Source: a virus. Taken from it: 64,000 bases of DNA. Position numbers and translations under genes: made by a program. The notes beneath the pieces were generated by a model. It made no database searches. It was not told the DNA's origin and saw nothing but the letters and a program-made list of their open reading frames with translations. The stretch is from the IMG/VR virus record IMGVR_UViG_3300045988_177920, positions 1 to 64,000 of that record; one strand, given 5' to 3'. Positions within the stretch are counted from its first letter, which is position 1. The number at the start of each line of letters is the position of its first letter. Positions 46,739 to 55,403 of the stretch are shown here, one piece after another.

Positions 46739-46915
46739 CTAATTTTTATTTATTATAGAAGCAAGAACTTTACATGCTTCCTTTATTTTATTTATATCAG
46801 TATTACTAACATCTTTAAGTTCACCAAATTCCTGTTCAAACAAATAGGAATTTATTAAATTGAATAACTTAAGAGTTGCTTTTTTCTTAGTATTTGTTTT
46901 ACAAGTTATTCCCAT
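46739..46915 (-). CDS. small ORF (58 aa) ending in TAG, unknown function
   Basis: ATG 46915 overlaps the TAA of the upstream gene (TAATG). The ORF ends at TAG 46739-46741, with an in-frame TAA six codons later (46721-46723). It is below the track length cutoff. Confidence 0.25.
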   Translation of the reverse strand: MGITCKTNTKKKATLKLFNLINSYLFEQEFGELKDVSNTDINKIKEACKVLASIINKN

Positions 46916-47364
46916 TATGCAAAATTGTTACTTACACTAAAACGTAAATTATCTATATAAAATTCTCCCAAAGTTACTGGTATACCATGAAATATAGCAC
47001 ACGACTGACGCCAATGTCCTCTTCCAGGATAGTCTTTTTCATATGTAATCGCATCATAACCATCCCAGAATCCATTTAAACAATCGTTCCAAAATTCTTC
47101 AAAAGTAAATTCTCGTTTATATTCATCGATGATTTGCCCTGACTTAAGCCATTCTATCAAGGATTCTTTTGTAGGTTCAAAGTATTTGAAGTCATTGGCA
47201 TCCCACAGGAATTTCCAACCTTCAGATCTTTTACCAATATGAATATCTTCAACTTCAGCTATAATATCTCTGGCTTCATCATACTGATCATTATTGATTG
47301 CATCAATAACCTCCTTTTTTTGTTCAGGAGTCATATATTTTTTAATATAGTAATTCGTTCCCAT
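46915..47364 (-). CDS. hypothetical protein (149 aa)
   Basis: Intact track ORF with a TAA stop. Contains the motif IHIGKRSEGWKFLW. No function recognised. Confidence 0.6.
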   Translation of the reverse strand: MGTNYYIKKYMTPEQKKEVIDAINNDQYDEARDIIAEVEDIHIGKRSEGWKFLWDANDFKYFEPTKESLIEWLKSGQIIDEYKREFTFEEFWNDCLNGFWDGYDAITYEKDYPGRGHWRQSCAIFHGIPVTLGEFYIDNLRFSVSNNFA

Positions 47365-47365
47365 A

Positions 47366-47632
47366 TTATATTATAATTTCGGTTTTATTATTTCTAGTAA
47401 TAAATGCTTTAGTAAGGTGTTCAATAACATCTGAAGAAGAAAACTCTATAATAGATATTAATAATGCTTTTCTAAATTTCTTAGAAAGTTCTTCATAAGG
47501 TTTATCCATTATAAAGATTTTATTATTCTCTATTTTCAGACTCAATCCTTTTGAATTGTCCATATATATGATTGTGTTCTTTTCCATCAATAAGTATTTT
47601 ACAGAAACTATTTCTAACACAAATAATAACAC
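47366..47632 (-). CDS. hypothetical small protein (start uncertain)
   Basis: Track ORF. It overlaps 47523..47720, so the true start is probably an internal Met (MEKNT or MDKPY). Confidence 0.35.
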   Translation of the reverse strand: MLLFVLEIVSVKYLLMEKNTIIYMDNSKGLSLKIENNKIFIMDKPYEELSKKFRKALLISIIEFSSSDVIEHLTKAFITRNNKTEIII

Positions 47633-47720
47633 CTTCTTTACCTAAATCATTATTTTTAGGTCCGGTTTTTGTTATTACAACTTTCTCTCCTACATTCCAA
47701 AGTTTATAATTTTTTGCCAT
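47523..47720 (-). CDS. hypothetical small protein (65 aa)
   Basis: Track ORF with a TAA stop. Possibly a KOW/SH3-like small beta-sheet protein (GEKVVITKTGPKNNDLGKEGVII). Confidence 0.45.
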   Translation of the reverse strand: MAKNYKLWNVGEKVVITKTGPKNNDLGKEGVIICVRNSFCKILIDGKEHNHIYGQFKRIESENRE

Positions 47721-48108
47721 ATAAATATTCTAACATTGATTCCCATATATAGATATTATCTGTATATGATTCATGAGATTCTTTTGAATTTGATCTATCT
47801 TCTGTAGATTTAGCATAATTGAATACCCACATTATATGATATTTCCTAAATAAACAAATATCAATATATGGATCCCATTCATGTCTAAACATGCGATATT
47901 TAGTTTTCCAACCTAATGCAGAAGTATTAATACTTATAATCGGATTATAGTATTTTTTATTAACAGGCATACCGAAGAACCAAATATCTTTACCATATAT
48001 AAAGTGACATTTAGGTCTGGGAAATTTCTTTCTAGCTTTATACCATGGATAAAATGGATTATGATATTCTTCCCATATCTTTAATTTCTTTTTTAACTTC
48101 TTAAACAT
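47704..48108 (-). CDS. hypothetical protein (134 aa)
   Basis: Track ORF with a TAA stop and a basic N-terminus. Confidence 0.55.
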   Translation of the reverse strand: MFKKLKKKLKIWEEYHNPFYPWYKARKKFPRPKCHFIYGKDIWFFGMPVNKKYYNPIISINTSALGWKTKYRMFRHEWDPYIDICLFRKYHIMWVFNYAKSTEDRSNSKESHESYTDNIYIWESMLEYLYGKKL

Positions 48109-48159
48109 ATTGATACTTATTTATTGATTAATACAAATCTTCTGAAACCAAACAAGGTA

Positions 48160-48486
48160 TTAATCTTTTTTATTGCTAATTTGACCTGCCTTTTTAGCTA
48201 TTTTATAAGCTTCGACACGATTAACAAATCGTCCTTTGGATGTGTAAAATCCTTGTGCTTTAGGAGATTTATCAATTAGGTCCTTGAAGTTATGTATAAT
48301 ATTATGGTGGCGATACCCTAAAATACATAGATGATCGTCACTAAAATCTGCATTATCATATGTAGGCTCTTTTCTCTTTATAGCAGCGCATAATATGTGC
48401 TCATAGGACTTCTTTTTAGAAGTATTAATATAAAATATTATTAATACCCCTAATAATATTATGTTAAGAATTAACGATATAACCAT
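48160..48486 (-). CDS. membrane-anchored hypothetical protein (108 aa)
   Basis: N-terminal TM helix ISLILNIILLGVLIIFYI. The C-terminal domain has ILGYRHHNIIH...QGFYTSKGRFVNRVEAYKIAKKAGQI. Confidence 0.55.
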   Translation of the reverse strand: MVISLILNIILLGVLIIFYINTSKKKSYEHILCAAIKRKEPTYDNADFSDDHLCILGYRHHNIIHNFKDLIDKSPKAQGFYTSKGRFVNRVEAYKIAKKAGQISNKKD

Positions 48487-48488
48487 AT

Positions 48489-48944
48489 TTATTTATCTGA
48501 AAAACTTTTTTGAGTATAATCATCATAATTATCAGAAGGATGACCTTTTTCAAAACCCCTTTTATTTCTTTTATATAGACTTCCATCAATATCTAATGTG
48601 CCCGATTGCCAACAAGATTGAATATCCATAGAAAACCATTCACCATATGGAGTTCTTGTAAACCATATTATATTTGTATCATATTCTGGTATAGAACAAC
48701 CCACAAAGAAATCAGTGGTTTCAGCATAAAGTTCAGGGTTATCTTCATGTTTTTCTTTTAGAATATTCTGTAATGTCATAGGCATTTCACAGTCATATCT
48801 ACTATTAAAAGCATTTACAATATAGTATTCTTGACTATAAGGAATTATATCTGTTACCTTAGCTTCATAACACCGAGAAGGTGTGAATCTTCCACTATCA
48901 AAGAAATGATAGATTCGCTCTTTTTCAGGAATGGTTGTTTTCAT
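48489..48944 (-). CDS. hypothetical protein (151 aa)
   Basis: Track ORF with a TAA stop. Confidence 0.55.
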   Translation of the reverse strand: MKTTIPEKERIYHFFDSGRFTPSRCYEAKVTDIIPYSQEYYIVNAFNSRYDCEMPMTLQNILKEKHEDNPELYAETTDFFVGCSIPEYDTNIIWFTRTPYGEWFSMDIQSCWQSGTLDIDGSLYKRNKRGFEKGHPSDNYDDYTQKSFSDK

Positions 48945-49120
48945 ATACTATATTTGATTAACTCAGAAGATAATGGAAACACTTTTAACCATTGAATTTC
49001 GCGTTTTTCTTTAAGGCGATTTATGGTAGTTTCAACATCATCTAAAGATTCACAACATTCACAACTAATGTTTACATAAAAAACATCATCTGAATATCTA
49101 TAAATTATTATATATTTCAT
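48941..49120 (-). CDS. small Cys-containing ORF (59 aa)
   Basis: ATG 49120. TGA 48941-48943 overlaps the next ATG (ATGA). MKYIIIYRYSDDVFYVNISCECCESLDD... It is below the track cutoff. Confidence 0.35.
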   Translation of the reverse strand: MKYIIIYRYSDDVFYVNISCECCESLDDVETTINRLKEKREIQWLKVFPLSSELIKYSI

Positions 49121-49135
49121 ACTATTAGAGTATAC

Positions 49136-49291
49136 TCATATTACAAAGTATTTATTATACAAATCTTCAGGTACAAAATATGCAGCATTACTCTCTGAAT
49201 TAATAGAGAAACCTGTATATACTCTACTTTCATATTCAGGGTCTTCCATTACTAACTGAATATCAGGCCATTCCACTAATATATATTTCAT
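49136..49291 (-). CDS. small ORF (51 aa)
   Basis: ATG 49291 overlaps the upstream TGA (ATGA); TGA 49136-49138. MKYILVEWPDIQLVMEDPEYESRVY... Confidence 0.3.
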   Translation of the reverse strand: MKYILVEWPDIQLVMEDPEYESRVYTGFSINSESNAAYFVPEDLYNKYFVI

Positions 49292-49530
49292 ATTTCTAAG
49301 GTATATTCATAAACATTATCGTCGCACTCGTCACAATGATATATAAATTTAGGGATACCATTCAATTCAAGAAAATCAATAATCATATCTTGAATGCTTG
49401 AATTATTACCATATTTATCAATTAAAGATTTAAGTATGTTTTTTTGTTCTTGTAGGGTAAAATCTTCAATTTTTTTATTATCAATATCCAGATTATACGC
49501 CATACAACCATCAGTATATGTTAGTTTCAT
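49288..49530 (-). CDS. hypothetical protein (80 aa)
   Basis: Track ORF with a TGA stop. Confidence 0.5.
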   Translation of the reverse strand: MKLTYTDGCMAYNLDIDNKKIEDFTLQEQKNILKSLIDKYGNNSSIQDMIIDFLELNGIPKFIYHCDECDDNVYEYTLEI

Positions 49531-49561
49531 ATAAATTTATTATAATCCATCTTACAATTAT

Positions 49562-49864
49562 TTACTTTTTATTACTTCGAATTTCTTTTTCTAATACACG
49601 AGTTATTAAATCAAGATTCATTTTAATTTGCTTATATACATCCCATTTCTCCTCTTTACCTGATGGTGGCCAATCAGATATAATTATTTCATATTCACAT
49701 CGTGACCACCATTGATACATAGAATTTGATTTAACAAATTCAACCATTTCTTTATGGGTTTTAGGTTTAGGGGATGCGTTTTTATATCTATCGTAAAGAT
49801 AAGGTATTATATCGTAAGGAACAAATTTACCATTATCTTCAATTATAACATTAAAACTATTCAT
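49562..49864 (-). CDS. hypothetical protein (100 aa)
   Basis: Track ORF with a TAA stop. Confidence 0.5.
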   Translation of the reverse strand: MNSFNVIIEDNGKFVPYDIIPYLYDRYKNASPKPKTHKEMVEFVKSNSMYQWWSRCEYEIIISDWPPSGKEEKWDVYKQIKMNLDLITRVLEKEIRSNKK

Positions 49865-49890
49865 TTATTAATATTATTATTTTTGTTTTT

Positions 49891-50217
49891 TTATTGTTGT
49901 CGATTAATAAGTTTGGTTATGGTTAAGCGAATAATGTCCATAACTGAATATCCCTTAGACGCCAGATTGGCCATTTCGGGCGAATGGACAATGTCATTTG
50001 CAATGTCTTCCATTCCTGCAAGGACATCAATAGTTAAGTCCTTAGCACCGCAAACACGGTATATATCATTAAGATGATCTGCGTTGGTCGTGCTTGCAGA
50101 CATAGGTCCGTGGTGGCGAATATACCATACACCATCCCGCAGGTAGTTTAGATTAACAAGCCTACCGACAGGGATGTATCGGCGGCCTGCTTTGCGATAA
50201 ATATTTTTGTCTGTCAT
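49891..50217 (-). CDS. hypothetical protein (108 aa) in a locally GC-enriched segment
   Basis: Track ORF. Its DNA is visibly richer in G+C than its neighbours (for example gcgttggtcgtgcttgcagacataggtccgtggtggcg and atcggcggcctgctttgcg). Confidence 0.55.
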   Translation of the reverse strand: MTDKNIYRKAGRRYIPVGRLVNLNYLRDGVWYIRHHGPMSASTTNADHLNDIYRVCGAKDLTIDVLAGMEDIANDIVHSPEMANLASKGYSVMDIIRLTITKLINRQQ

Positions 50218-50480
50218 AATAAACTTAATTTATTTTCTAATCGTGCTTGATATTTTTTAATAGCACTCATAATATCAAGAAGTAGATCATAATCATACCT
50301 ATTTAAAGACCAAGTTTTCCAAGTATAGACATTTTCTTTATTACTATTTACCTTTAAAGTAATATTTAAATCTTTCCTATCTTTATAATCATCTAATGAT
50401 TTACAAAAATCGATAGTTTTAATAAGTTTATCTGCTTCTTTAAGAGCTTCTTGTTTTTGTTTGTATTCTTCTATAGTCAT
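50214..50480 (-). CDS. hypothetical coiled-coil protein (88 aa)
   Basis: Track ORF with a 4-nt overlap with the upstream gene. Confidence 0.5.
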   Translation of the reverse strand: MTIEEYKQKQEALKEADKLIKTIDFCKSLDDYKDRKDLNITLKVNSNKENVYTWKTWSLNRYDYDLLLDIMSAIKKYQARLENKLSLL

Positions 50481-50513
50481 TATTATTCTATTTAGTGTTG
50501 TTACATTATTATA

Positions 50514-50759
50514 TTATTCAAAAATTAATATAGTTCCGCTTTCATCTATATCTATAGATTTTAATACTTTGCCGTCTATTTTAAATTCTCCTACAGCCAT
50601 GAAAGGACCTCCAGGAGGATCTACAGCGTAATAAGTTGTATTATCCTCATTATATATAAGTCGACAATAATCCTCATATTGAGCATGAAGTCTATATTTA
50701 TTATTTCCCAGATATTCTAAATAATTATTTGATCTGTCGTGTGTGGGTAATTTAACCAT
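50514..50759 (-). CDS. hypothetical protein (81 aa)
   Basis: Track ORF with a TAA stop. Confidence 0.5.
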   Translation of the reverse strand: MVKLPTHDRSNNYLEYLGNNKYRLHAQYEDYCRLIYNEDNTTYYAVDPPGGPFMAVGEFKIDGKVLKSIDIDESGTILIFE

Positions 50760-50763
50760 AATT

Positions 50764-50803
50764 ATAAAAAATATGGGGAGGAGAAATTACTCCCCCTCCC
50801 CCC
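50764..50803 (-). terminator. G/C-rich hairpin plus U-run (internal terminator or attenuator candidate)
   Basis: The minus-strand RNA reads ...GGGGGAG uaauuu CUCCUCCCC auauuuuuuauaau, between genes ending at 50812 and starting at 50759. Confidence 0.35.
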
Positions 50804-50811
50804 TAATTTAT

Positions 50812-51039
50812 TTATTCACCTTTAAAATAACAATCAATCAAAGTAAATTCGCTTTTACTTTTCTTTATAAACTTAATAAACTCTTCAACAGAACTAAAAT
50901 ATTCTTTGTCTTTAGGATTAAAAGAATATAAAGCATCTTCAGGATATTCTTCTTCTTTTCTCTCTATAATACATTCTGCATATAGAGGTTTTTCTTTTAA
51001 ATCCTTTATATATAAATTCCAATTAGTTTTAATGCGCAT
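50812..51039 (-). CDS. hypothetical protein (75 aa)
   Basis: Track ORF that overlaps the thyX 3' end by 11 nt. Confidence 0.5.
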   Translation of the reverse strand: MRIKTNWNLYIKDLKEKPLYAECIIERKEEEYPEDALYSFNPKDKEYFSSVEEFIKFIKKSKSEFTLIDCYFKGE

Positions 51040-51868
51040 TTAATTTATTTTTAAGAGTTGTACATAAAAATTTAATCTCATCATCTGCTTTTTCAGAACA
51101 TCTTAAATCAAATATATTATTCCAATCACTCTGAAAAGCTGTCATAACCAATTCTGTTTTAGTAGCATTAGGAAGTACCATTCTGGCTTCTTGTGGTTTA
51201 AAACCTTTATTTATAAGCTCCATATAGGCATGTTCTGCATGTTGGTATAATTCTGCTTGTATAGGGTCTATCCCATCTCCTAAATAAATATATGTTATAG
51301 AACCATCAAATTTAGTTTTGTTATACCCACAGAATCGTTGTGATTCCATAGAAAATGAAGCACACCTATGCCTTGTTAATTGCTGGGCACATGCTCTACT
51401 ACATATGAATTTAACAGTGATTCTTTTATTGTGTTTTTCTGTAGGCACACTTAAAAATTTAAGGGCATTTTGTAAATTATTATCTACTATAACCCTATAA
51501 TTAGTTGTTATATAATCATAGTCATTATCCTCATTGAATTTGGTATATGGATTTGATAGTAAAAACCATATCCAATTTAATTCAGATATAGTTCCCTTTT
51601 TAGGGACTTTTAAATATATAGTGCCATGTTCTGCAACACTTCTATGTTTATATACATTTAACAATTTAGCTACAAATGGTTCGGCAGTAATACTTCTGTT
51701 ATCTTCATTATATTGTATATTACATTCTGATTTGTAACATACTCTTGCTGCTAACTCTATTTGTTCTAAAACCTCTTTAAAGTCAAGAGGAGTATGCAAT
51801 ATTTCTACTGAAGGTTTAATCAGTTTCATTATCTTTAGGATCAAATAATTGTGGATATTGCCTTTCAA
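51029..51868 (-). CDS. thyX: FAD-dependent thymidylate synthase ThyX
   Basis: The ThyX signature RHRxxSxxxxSxR is present as LTRHRCASFSMESQRF. The true start may be the MKLIKPSVEIL Met at 51829. Confidence 0.8.
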   Translation of the reverse strand: MKGNIHNYLILKIMKLIKPSVEILHTPLDFKEVLEQIELAARVCYKSECNIQYNEDNRSITAEPFVAKLLNVYKHRSVAEHGTIYLKVPKKGTISELNWIWFLLSNPYTKFNEDNDYDYITTNYRVIVDNNLQNALKFLSVPTEKHNKRITVKFICSRACAQQLTRHRCASFSMESQRFCGYNKTKFDGSITYIYLGDGIDPIQAELYQHAEHAYMELINKGFKPQEARMVLPNATKTELVMTAFQSDWNNIFDLRCSEKADDEIKFLCTTLKNKLNAH

Positions 51869-51952
51869 ATTCTCTAAACAAGTATTTAATATCTATACTT
51901 ATTTTAATTACCCAAAATAATATTATTAGTACTATTAATGATAGTGCCCAAA

Positions 51953-52201
51953 TCATAATGTCTCAATATAATCATTTATTTCCTTTGGTGATGTAATTCC
52001 TACCCATCTTTTAATTTCATTATCGCCTTTAAGTAGAATTAATGTAGGAAGAGCTCTAACTCCAAATAAAGAGGTTAAGTCTTTTTCATCATTATCTACA
52101 CTAATTTCTTCTACAGGAACATTTAAAGGGGTTTCTTTAAGTGCATTTGCCATTACTTTACATTGACCACACCAGGGTGCCCCAAATTTAATTACTTTCA
52201 T
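51953..52201 (-). CDS. thioredoxin-fold redoxin (WCGQC active site)
   Basis: APWCGQCK is a CxxC motif, and the cis-Pro context is RALPTLILL. 82 aa, adjacent to the RNR/ThyX genes. Confidence 0.75.
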   Translation of the reverse strand: MKVIKFGAPWCGQCKVMANALKETPLNVPVEEISVDNDEKDLTSLFGVRALPTLILLKGDNEIKRWVGITSPKEINDYIETL

Positions 52202-52577
52202 TTTCTAATAATTTTATTTTATCGTTTAAGTACCAAATAGCTTTCTTTAAATCTTCTACTGCGTCTTTTTTTCTCCCTGCTCTAAGTATATACTTAATAG
52301 CATTACCTAAATCAAAGTCTAAGTGCCTTGTTATATCAATTACTTCAAGGCCACATTTTTCTTTTAACCAAGAGTAATGTGGAGGAGAATTAACCATATC
52401 AGGTTCTGTACATTCAAATGTGGGAGTAAAAAATTCTTCATCTTCCACAATCTGAGATTTACGAGTCACTCTATAATTATTATTAGTATTAACAGCAGTT
52501 AATATGACATGGTCTCCTTTTTTAGCAAATTGTTTATTGTCTAAATAAAAGTCCTTCTTACAAATATATTCTTTCAT
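52188..52577 (-). CDS. DUF3310-like phage protein
   Basis: SPPHYSW...EVIDITRHLDFDLGNAIKYILRAGRKKDAVEDLKKAIWYL matches the DUF3310 pattern as I recall it. Confidence 0.55.
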   Translation of the reverse strand: MKEYICKKDFYLDNKQFAKKGDHVILTAVNTNNNYRVTRKSQIVEDEEFFTPTFECTEPDMVNSPPHYSWLKEKCGLEVIDITRHLDFDLGNAIKYILRAGRKKDAVEDLKKAIWYLNDKIKLLENESN

Positions 52578-52662
52578 AATAAGGTATTAAATCTCTTGTA
52601 TTAAAATTTATATTATTTACTACCTATCCTGTATTATAAGTAAGAGCATTTCTTAAATAACT

Positions 52663-52851
52663 TTAATGTCTGCTGGTAGTAGGTAAATACTTAGTTTCAT
52701 TATATATTATTATGTTAGAATACCATTGTGCAATACAAGTATTATAAGAGAACAACTTATCTCCTGTTGAAACTAAATTACTTCCACAAGCCGCTATATG
52801 GTAAATAAATTCTTTACATACTTCTTTATTTTTCATAATTAATGTATCCAA
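52663..52851 (-). CDS. hypothetical small protein
   Basis: Track ORF. The likely start is MKNKEV. It overlaps the polA 3' end. Confidence 0.4.
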   Translation of the reverse strand: MDTLIMKNKEVCKEFIYHIAACGSNLVSTGDKLFSYNTCIAQWYSNIIIYNETKYLPTTSRH

Positions 52852-54878
52852 TAGGTTGGGAGATATCCTTTTTCATCATAACTTATATCTGCATCTAATT
52901 TACACTTATCACAAAAGTATTTACCTGCTTTTACCATAAAGTCTTTAAGTTTTAATGCAACTTTATCTGCAATTCCTTTAGGTGCTTCTACATCAAATTC
53001 ATCATAAGGAGTTATACATATAAGAACTTTAAATAATAAATTTTCTTTTCTGAGCCATTCAAAGAAATTTATCATAGACACTCTTAAACAGAAGGATCCT
53101 GCAGCTTGTATAGGAAAATTAATACTGCATCTTTCATTTTCAGATTTTCTTTTAAAAAAGTGTTTTACTTTTTGTACAGTATCACATGTAGGAGCAACTT
53201 GTTTCATTTCTCTATAATAACTCCAAAATCCAGGTTCTTTAAATGAATCTTGAGTTGCCTTTAAATCTTCATAATCATATATAAATACTTTATGTCCTGT
53301 TAATGGACTTAATAATATATACCCTTTGTCAAACCAATCTTTTCTTCTAAAATCTTGATATTTTTTAAGTCCTTTAAAACCTAACATATATTCATTATAT
53401 ATTTTATTTGCTTCCTCTATAGGTATACCTTTATTTCTAGATATTGTGTCAGCATTACCGCCATAATTTATAGCAAATTCAACGCTTTTAGCTTCTTGTC
53501 TAAGATTATGATATTTCTTTTTAATATCTTTAATAGGAGTATCTCTTGGTATTTCTTTATATGTCATATATGCAGTTAAAGAATGAATATCCCCTGAACC
53601 TTCATTAAGCTCTTTAAGTATAGCTGCATCATTTGCTATAGATGCCATTAAATAGGTTTCTTGTCCTACATAATCTATTGATATCCAATTATTATTAAGC
53701 TCTGCTACAAAACAAGAACGTGTTATTTCATCAGAAGGCATATTTAAGAAATTGATGTATTCTTTCTTTCCGTCTTTTCCTCCTGAAGTTATTCTTGTTG
53801 TATCAGCACCAAGTTGGTTAAATTGAGTATAAAGCCTTCCTGTCTTTTTATCAATTTGGTCTAAAACATTTTGCCCATACGTACTTACCACTTTTTGTGC
53901 TGCTTTATATTTAAGATATATAGGAGCAATCGGTGATAAATCTTTTTGTGGCTTTATTATTTTAGCATCAACTGAGGGCTTCATTTTCCCTGTTTGCTTG
54001 TCTTTAGATAATAAGTTAAATCCCAATAAAGTGAATACTTCAATTACTTGTTTAGCACTATTCCAATTTATAGTACACTTAGGAGTTAAATCAAATCCCT
54101 CAAATAAATCTCCTTGTGTATTTATAAACGTAAATTTCTTAAAATTATTGTCTGTTTCTGCAAGATTTATAATGAAATTATTTAAGGAAGCCTCTGCATC
54201 ATCTAAAGCTTCTTTATCTGACTTCATCTTATTTAACCATTTTTCTTGATCTAATCTTACTCCACAAAACTCTTCATAAGCCAATGCTAATACAAATTTA
54301 TTTTCATATTCTATGGCAGTTAGCAGTTCTTTTTTACTAAGTTCTTTATGTTGGGCATTTTTTATCTTCTCTAGATATTGGACATCTTTAGCTGCATATA
54401 TAATAACATCATCTGTTAATCCTTTCCAAATAATTTGTCCCCTTATAGTTTTATCTAATTCTATGCCTAAATAACGTTCTCCAGCAGATTTTAATGACAT
54501 ACTGTGATATCCTGAAGGATATCCTAAATACATAAGTTTTTCTGCTAAATAACCATCATAAACTTTTTTAGGAACAATTTTATATTTATATAACCATTTT
54601 AAATCAAATTTAGCATTCCAAAATAAAAATTCTCTATTAGATTCTAAATAGTCTTTATATAATAGAATATTTATTTTAGTGCAATCAATAACAATTTGAA
54701 AATCATAACATCCTAACTGTAAAGACAGTAATGTGTCATTATGACAATCTAGTCCTGAAGTTTCAGTATCTAAACCCACTATAGATAATGTGCTGAGGAG
54801 TTTTAATGACTCCTCAACACTTATTATCTTATAGGGAGTATCAACTAATCTATTTTCAGTTGTTACTAAATATACCAT
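52839..54878 (-). CDS. polA: family A DNA polymerase with 3'-5' exonuclease domain
   Basis: Exo motifs VGLDTETSGLD and YAAKDV. Polymerase motifs IDYVGQETYLMA (A), RQEAKSVEFAINYGG (B) and TPYDEFDVEAP (C). 679 aa with no in-frame stop of any kind. Confidence 0.85.
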   Translation of the reverse strand: MVYLVTTENRLVDTPYKIISVEESLKLLSTLSIVGLDTETSGLDCHNDTLLSLQLGCYDFQIVIDCTKINILLYKDYLESNREFLFWNAKFDLKWLYKYKIVPKKVYDGYLAEKLMYLGYPSGYHSMSLKSAGERYLGIELDKTIRGQIIWKGLTDDVIIYAAKDVQYLEKIKNAQHKELSKKELLTAIEYENKFVLALAYEEFCGVRLDQEKWLNKMKSDKEALDDAEASLNNFIINLAETDNNFKKFTFINTQGDLFEGFDLTPKCTINWNSAKQVIEVFTLLGFNLLSKDKQTGKMKPSVDAKIIKPQKDLSPIAPIYLKYKAAQKVVSTYGQNVLDQIDKKTGRLYTQFNQLGADTTRITSGGKDGKKEYINFLNMPSDEITRSCFVAELNNNWISIDYVGQETYLMASIANDAAILKELNEGSGDIHSLTAYMTYKEIPRDTPIKDIKKKYHNLRQEAKSVEFAINYGGNADTISRNKGIPIEEANKIYNEYMLGFKGLKKYQDFRRKDWFDKGYILLSPLTGHKVFIYDYEDLKATQDSFKEPGFWSYYREMKQVAPTCDTVQKVKHFFKRKSENERCSINFPIQAAGSFCLRVSMINFFEWLRKENLLFKVLICITPYDEFDVEAPKGIADKVALKLKDFMVKAGKYFCDKCKLDADISYDEKGYLPTYWIH

Positions 54879-54881
54879 TTG

Positions 54882-55403
54882 TTACATTTTTATCCATTCC
54901 CAGAATATCTTATACTTATTTCTCTTAGAATAAGCAATTAAACTAGAAAAGTCCATTACATATGAATATTTAATCAGAAAATCATTACCTAAAATACCGT
55001 GAATACTGGCACCTTCAGAATTTTTAATAGCTTTAAATGTATTATCCAAAGCAGGGGATATTATCAATGTAGTTATATACGTAGCATTTTTATAAGTAAA
55101 ATTTAAATCTATTTTACCTACAGAAAGTGCTATTCCTCCAGCTCCATATACTTGAGTATTTGTCTCATATTTATCCAAATGCAGTTTTTCAAAAGCTTCT
55201 TTACTTATATGAGATTCATTACTTCCGGTATCTAAGATAAAATTTAATTTATGCCCATCAGACTCTAAAGTTATTATGGGTAATCCTACAAGATTCAATG
55301 ATTCTTGTAAAGATATAAAGTTTAGCCTTTTATATGCAATAAACTTTATTAATAGAATTATAAATAGTGCTGCCAAACAGCCGATTATAGCCCATAATAT
55401 CAT
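54882..55403 (-). CDS. membrane-anchored retropepsin-like aspartic protease
   Basis: N-terminal TM helix ILWAIIGCLAALFIILLIKFIAY. The catalytic-type motif FILDTGSNESHIS and the downstream HGILGNDFL are typical of Asp_protease_2. Confidence 0.6.
   Translation of the reverse strand: MILWAIIGCLAALFIILLIKFIAYKRLNFISLQESLNLVGLPIITLESDGHKLNFILDTGSNESHISKEAFEKLHLDKYETNTQVYGAGGIALSVGKIDLNFTYKNATYITTLIISPALDNTFKAIKNSEGASIHGILGNDFLIKYSYVMDFSSLIAYSKRNKYKIFWEWIKM

Noticed and set aside
47366-47720. Two track ORFs overlapping by 110 nt might represent one frameshifted gene.
   Set aside because: Internal Met codons in the downstream ORF allow a conventional non-overlapping or short-overlap arrangement. 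I have no motif evidence for a fused product, so both are kept at low confidence.
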